A program made the position numbers and the translations under genes. Below the pieces are notes generated by a model, which was not told where the DNA came from, did not search any database, and worked only from the letters and a program-made list of their open reading frames with translations. From NCBI RefSeq assembly GCF_009914755.1, contig NC_060936.1: a DNA stretch of 64,000 nucleotides; one strand, 5' to 3'. This stretch comes from the human T2T-CHM13v2.0 reference genome, Homo sapiens. Positions 58,198 through 64,000 of the stretch are shown piece by piece (positions within the stretch are counted from its first letter, which is position 1; the number at the start of each line of letters is the position of its first letter).

Positions 58198-58843
58198 TCA
58201 TGTGTTTAGGTGGGAGTGACCTTCTGGCCCCATTTGACAGTAGAGAACCTGAGATTAGGCAAGGAGAAGCCATTTCCCCAGGCTTGCCACAAACTAAGGC
58301 CGCAAACAGACTGTGTACCATTCGCTCAGGAGCAATTCGTATTGCAGCTCATGAGCACCCAGTCCAGAGCCACCTCCAGAACAGGAGCTCAACCCTCTTT
58401 TTGAGAGCTTCTCTGAGGGGCCCTCCTATTAAAAATGGGGAAACTGAGGCCCGGAGAAAGGAAGTGACTTGCAAGGAGTAACAGAGCAGTCAGAGAGACC
58501 TGCCCCAGGAGTTCTAATTCTAATCACCATAACAGCTATTATTTATTGAGCCCTTCCTGTGTGCTGAATCTTGTTCCAAGCCTTTACAGATAGTGTCTTG
58601 TTCCATCCCCCAGTGATTCTATGGCTATATACTAAAAGCCCACAGTCCTTTATCTGCAATTTGGAAGCCCAAAAAACTCTGAAGCCAAAAGGATTTTCCT
58701 GTATTTGCTGCCCAGACTCTTCTGTGTGAAGAGTGGATAAATGTGGAATCAATTAATGAATGGGAAGAGGAGTGAGGAGTTGAACAGGTGAACAGGAGAG
58801 TGAAGCTATTTAAATTATATATTTTTTTGGTTTGTTTGTTTAA

Positions 58844-59155
<312 letters not shown>

Positions 59156-59214
59156 TAATAATAATTTTTATTGATAAATTTTAAAAATTAGGGGGAAAAG
59201 GTGTGAATAGCCAT

Positions 59215-59750
59215 ACCCTTATTAGCGTTTCATTGTTTTGTAACAATACACATTTACCAAGTAGCAGGAGTCTGAGCATGGCTTGACTGGGTCCTCTGCT
59301 TATGGTCTCAAAAGGCTACAATCGAGCTGTCATCAGGGACTGCAGTCTCACCTGGGTTCAGATGGGGAAGGACTCACTTCCAAGTTCACTCATGTTAATG
59401 GCAGAATTCAGTTCCTTGAGGTCGTAGGACTGAGAGCTTCAAGTTTTTTGTTGGCTGTTGGCTGGAGGCTGCCCTCAGCTCTGAGAGGCTGCCTGTATTT
59501 CTTGCCATGCAGAGTCCTCTAACATGGCCATCTGCGCCCTCAAAGCTAAACTGGGGGAGGGGGAGAAAGATGGGTGCTACCATCTTATGTAACATGACCC
59601 CAATCATGTACACACAATCACATACATCCCATCATCTTTACTGTTTCTTTCAGTTAGAAGCAAGCCACAGATCCTGCCCACACTAAGGGGAAAGGATCAC
59701 ATAAGGGGAGGCAAGGATCGTGGGGCCAACTAAGAGTCTTTCCACCACAA
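59215..59750. mobile_element. MLT1 (MaLR) LTR
   Basis: Typical MLT1 motifs (ggcagaattcagttcctt..., gttagaagcaagccacag). Confidence 0.6.
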
Positions 59751-62417
59751 ACCACAAAGCCTTCCACTGCAAATATTATTGTGTTTGGTTATGTCCTAGA
59801 AAAAAATAAGGTTTTAATCTCACATGAAAAGTCAGAATGCCAGACTGGGCAATATGGGAAAACCTCATCTCTTCCAAATATATATATATATATATATCCA
59901 GCTGTGGTGGCACATGCCTGTAGTCCCAGCTACTTAGGACGCTGAGGTGAGTGGATCGCTTGAGCCTGGGGGGGGTCAAAGCTGCAATGAGCCAAGACTG
60001 TGCCACTGCACTCCAGTGGACAACAGAGTGAGACACTGTCTCAAAAAAAAAAAAAAAAAAAAAAAAGAGAGAGAAAAGGAAGGAAGGAGAAGGAAGAGAG
60101 GAAGAGAGGAAGCGGGGGAGGGAGGGAGGTCAGAATAAGAGGAGGGAGGTCAGAATAGGATAGTTCCAGGGTTGGTTGTTCAGTGGCTTAATGACATTAT
60201 AATTCCTGCTCAGAACCTCTGTGATTCCCTTGAGTTTTCCTCTCATGCTTTCAAGATGGCTCTGCAGGTCCAAGCAATACATCCTTGCACTGAGGATGCA
60301 AGTTAGGAAAATTCTAGTTCATTGCTTTACTTTGAGCCTCTTATTTGACTTATTCCATTTTACTTGTGAAATACGCATGTGACAGCTGGAATTGGCATTA
60401 GACATGTTAGACAGAAAGTAAAATTGAGTATATTTCTGATTCTCAAGCATTTGTTTTTGCCACTGTTTAAGAAATAAGCAATGCATTGTCACATACTAAG
60501 CACTCAGTTGTTTGTTGAATGAAATATAACACTGTAGGGTAGGGTAGGAGAACACTAAAGTTCCTGGAGGCAGGTAACATGTACTTGTATTTTTCTCACA
60601 TCTCTCTTGTTAAGAACACAAAATCTTTGCCTAGAAGAACTCACAGCAGCATCCTCAGTACTATGGCACTTGCTATGATTAAACCAATCATTACCAAGGG
60701 AAATGAGATATGACTTAGATCAATCATAATTCATCCCTCAGGATGGGCATGAGTCTGAATACCCCTATAGCACATGGCCATCTGATACCTGAACAAAATC
60801 AGGATTCTGTTAAAAAAGAAGAGGAAGGGAGAAGGAATGACTATAAACAACAAGCACCATCCTCCACAGATTCAAGGAAGAATTAAAAGGGGTAGTAAGG
60901 TGGTCTCTCTAGAGAGGCAATGTTTTACTTGAGATTTGCCAAGAAATTGTCAGACTTGTGAAATCTGCGGACTAGCAATCCGTGGGGTGGGTAAGGAAGA
61001 GCAAATATACTGCTTAGAGGTACAGAGTTTCTTTTTGGGGTGATGAAAATGTTCTAAAATTGATTGTGGTGATAATTGTACAATTCTGTGAATATACTAA
61101 AAATATATACTTTAAATGGGTGAATTGTATGGTATATGAATCATACCTTAATAAAGCTGCTATTTAAAAAAAGAATAGTAATGTAATACCTTGAGACAAG
61201 ACAAGCTTGATATGAATTATAAGAATGGTTTGACTGGGTCAGATTCAGTGAAAAATTTTCATAATAGACCTTTAATTATTGTTAATCTGCTAAAAAACAG
61301 TATGGAACTTAAGTACCGAGCTTCTAATGGAAGATAGAGAAATACCCTATATTTTCAGGTGGGATATTTCCTATCGGTGTTTTTTTCCCAGGAATGCAGT
61401 TTTCCTAGGCTTCAAGCTGCTCAGAATATGTGGCCTTCAATAGACCTGCAGCCAGGATTAGGTGGGACTTTGCCTCATCTGAAGGGCTTCTTCTTATTTT
61501 ATTTATCGTAATTTTTTGTAGAGATAGGATCTTAATATATTGCCCAGGCTGGTCTTGAAATCCTGGACTCAAGTGATTCTCCTGCCTCAGCCTCCCAAAG
61601 TGTTGGGATTACAGGTGTGAGCCACCGCACCCGACTTACAGGGCTTCTTCTATACTTACTAATTCTCCTAATGTGTGACATCTGGTCTACTACTTAAATT
61701 GGTGCTTTTCCATTGGATATAAGCCTTAGCAATAGATATTACCTAATTTTCTCTTACCTTTTTATGGGTGGGGTTATTTTCATTATAATTTTTTTTTCCT
61801 GGGTTTGCACAACTGCCAGAAAACATTTTATCAGAGCTAGGTTATGAACATTGCAGGTGGGCCTTTCAACTTCCTGCAGAAGTGCAGAGGTGCAACTGAG
61901 CATTCACTAAGAACTGGCACTTGTCCAAACTGTGCAAAAGAGGGAGTGCAAGTCTGTCTCACACACGTAATTGAGGAAGGAAAAGAAGGCCAGTGTTGCT
62001 GAAGCTTAGGGAAGGAGATAAAGACAGAGAGGTAGGCAGGGACTAGATCACATAGTGCCTTGAGAATCATAGAGATTTGGTTACAGCTAAGTGCAATTGG
62101 GAGAATGTTGGAGGGTTGCTCTGAACAAGGACATGACAGGATCTGATATGCATTTTTAATAGATTAATTTTGGGGAAAATATATGTAACACAAGTAACTG
62201 AAGAGGATGTGTATCTAGATTTTAAAAGGTACTGCAAATCAATATGATGAAAACACACACACACACACAATTGGAAAATCAGCAAAATACTTAAGCAGGC
62301 ACTTCCCCACAGAGGAAATCTAAATGGTCAAAAGCATATGAAAAATGTTCTGTCTTGTTAATCAACCAGGGAAATACATGTTCGAACTTCCACATGTTGG
62401 CCGGGCGCAGTGGCTCA

Positions 62418-62675
<258 letters not shown>

Positions 62676-62899
62676 TCAAAAAAACAAAACAAAAAACGAA
62701 CTTCCACATGTTAAAACTTGTACAAGGCCGGGCATGGTGGCTCATGCCAGTAATCCCAGCACTTTGGAAGGCCGAGGCTGGCAGATTACGAGGTCAGGAG
62801 ATTGAGACCATCCTGGCCAACATGGTGAAACTCCATCTCTACTAAAATACAAAATATTAGCTGGGTGTGGTGGCACATGCCTGTAGTCCCAGCTACTCA

Positions 62900-63001
<102 letters not shown>

Positions 63002-63141
63002 CTAAAAAAAAAAACAACAACAAAACAAGCAACAACAACAAAAAAACTTGTACAAAAGCCAGAGGCAGTAACAGGAGCCTGTAGTCCCAACTACTTTAGA
63101 GGCTGAGGCAGGAGGATCACTTAAGCCCAGGAGTTTGAGGT

Positions 63142-63615
63142 TGTTATATATAAAGGTTCGGTGCCGCAAAAGAAATAGCACTCGAATATAAAATTTTCTT
63201 TTTAATTCTCAGCAAGGCAAGGTACTTCAATAGAAGGGTGTGCCCTTACAGATGGAGCAATGGTGAGCGCACACTTGGATAAGGGAGGGGAAGGGGTTCT
63301 TATCCCTGACACACGTGGCCCCTGCTGCTGTGTGGTTCCCCTATTGGCTAGGGTTAGACCTCACAGGCTAAACTAATTCCAATTGGCTAATTTAAAGAGA
63401 ATGACAGGGTGTGTGCTTTGGCAGGAGTCAGGGCAGGGCAGGTAGCAGGTAATCAGAATGAGTTAGGGTGGAGTAGGTGACCAGAATGAGTCAGAGTGGA
63501 GTAGGTAATCGAAAAAGGTAGCTTTACGAGGAAGTTAAGTTTAAAAGTAGAAGGCAAATAATTGAACATACTGACATTAATTCTTTGAAAAGAAATTTAG
63601 AACTCATATCTAACA
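63142..63615 (-). mobile_element. Solo LTR10 (LTR10A/F-like, HERV-I) inserted into an old Alu arm
   Basis: Minus strand starts TGTTAGATATGAGTTCTAAATTTC; 28-bp internal repeats carrying TGAGTCA; Alu sequence resumes on both sides (aggt/aggc). Confidence 0.85.
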
Positions 63616-64000
63616 AGGCTATGGTGCAGTATGATTATGCCTGTGAATAGCCACTGCACTGCAGCTTGGGGAACATAGCAAGACTCCGTCTCCAAAAAAC
63701 TCCCCCCAAAAAACTGTACAAGCCACTAGGATGGTAAAAGTAGGAAAAACAATCTGACACTCTCAAGGAACTTTGACAATACCAATGGAAACTCACCCTT
63801 TGGTAGAGCATTAAACAGGTTGTAACCATTTTGGAAAAGAAAGGCTGTGCATCTTCAAGTTTATTAGACAGTCTGATATCTACATTCTCCTAGTTATATA
63901 TCTTAGAGAAACTCTTGCATGTAAGTGCCAGAAAGCATGTATCAAAGTGTTTATTGTAGCACTAATAATAACTGAAAACACCCAAAAGTCCATTAAAGAG

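Overview
Human (or great-ape) genomic DNA, extremely Alu-dense. It carries most of AMN1, a leucine-rich-repeat gene on the minus strand, which I recall lying at 12p11.21. Six coding exons were reconstructed with canonical GT-AG sites and a continuous frame (38+133+145+218+57+112 = 703 nt); the last coding exon lies beyond the left edge. A CpG-island promoter at about 47.5-48.4 kb has CRE, GC-box and ZNF143/THAP11-type motifs. Intron 1 holds a processed STMN1 pseudogene and an ERVL-class pol fossil. The window also contains many solo LTRs (THE1, MER21, LTR15-like, MER11, LTR8, LTR10), L1/L2/MIR fragments and DNA transposons. Almost all ORFs in the supplied track are Alu or L1 artefacts. I found no new self-contained biological system. 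The best leads are (1) a cryptic 5' splice site fused to a (UG)23 tract in intron 1, the layout typical of TDP-43-repressed cryptic exons; (2) a templated local duplication that later received a tailless Alu; (3) frame-preserving, Alu-flanked exon blocks that could form stop-free circRNAs; and (4) a sense pseudogene poly(A) signal in intron 1. Repeat family names come from recalled consensus sequences, and repeat boundaries are approximate unless a TSD is given.
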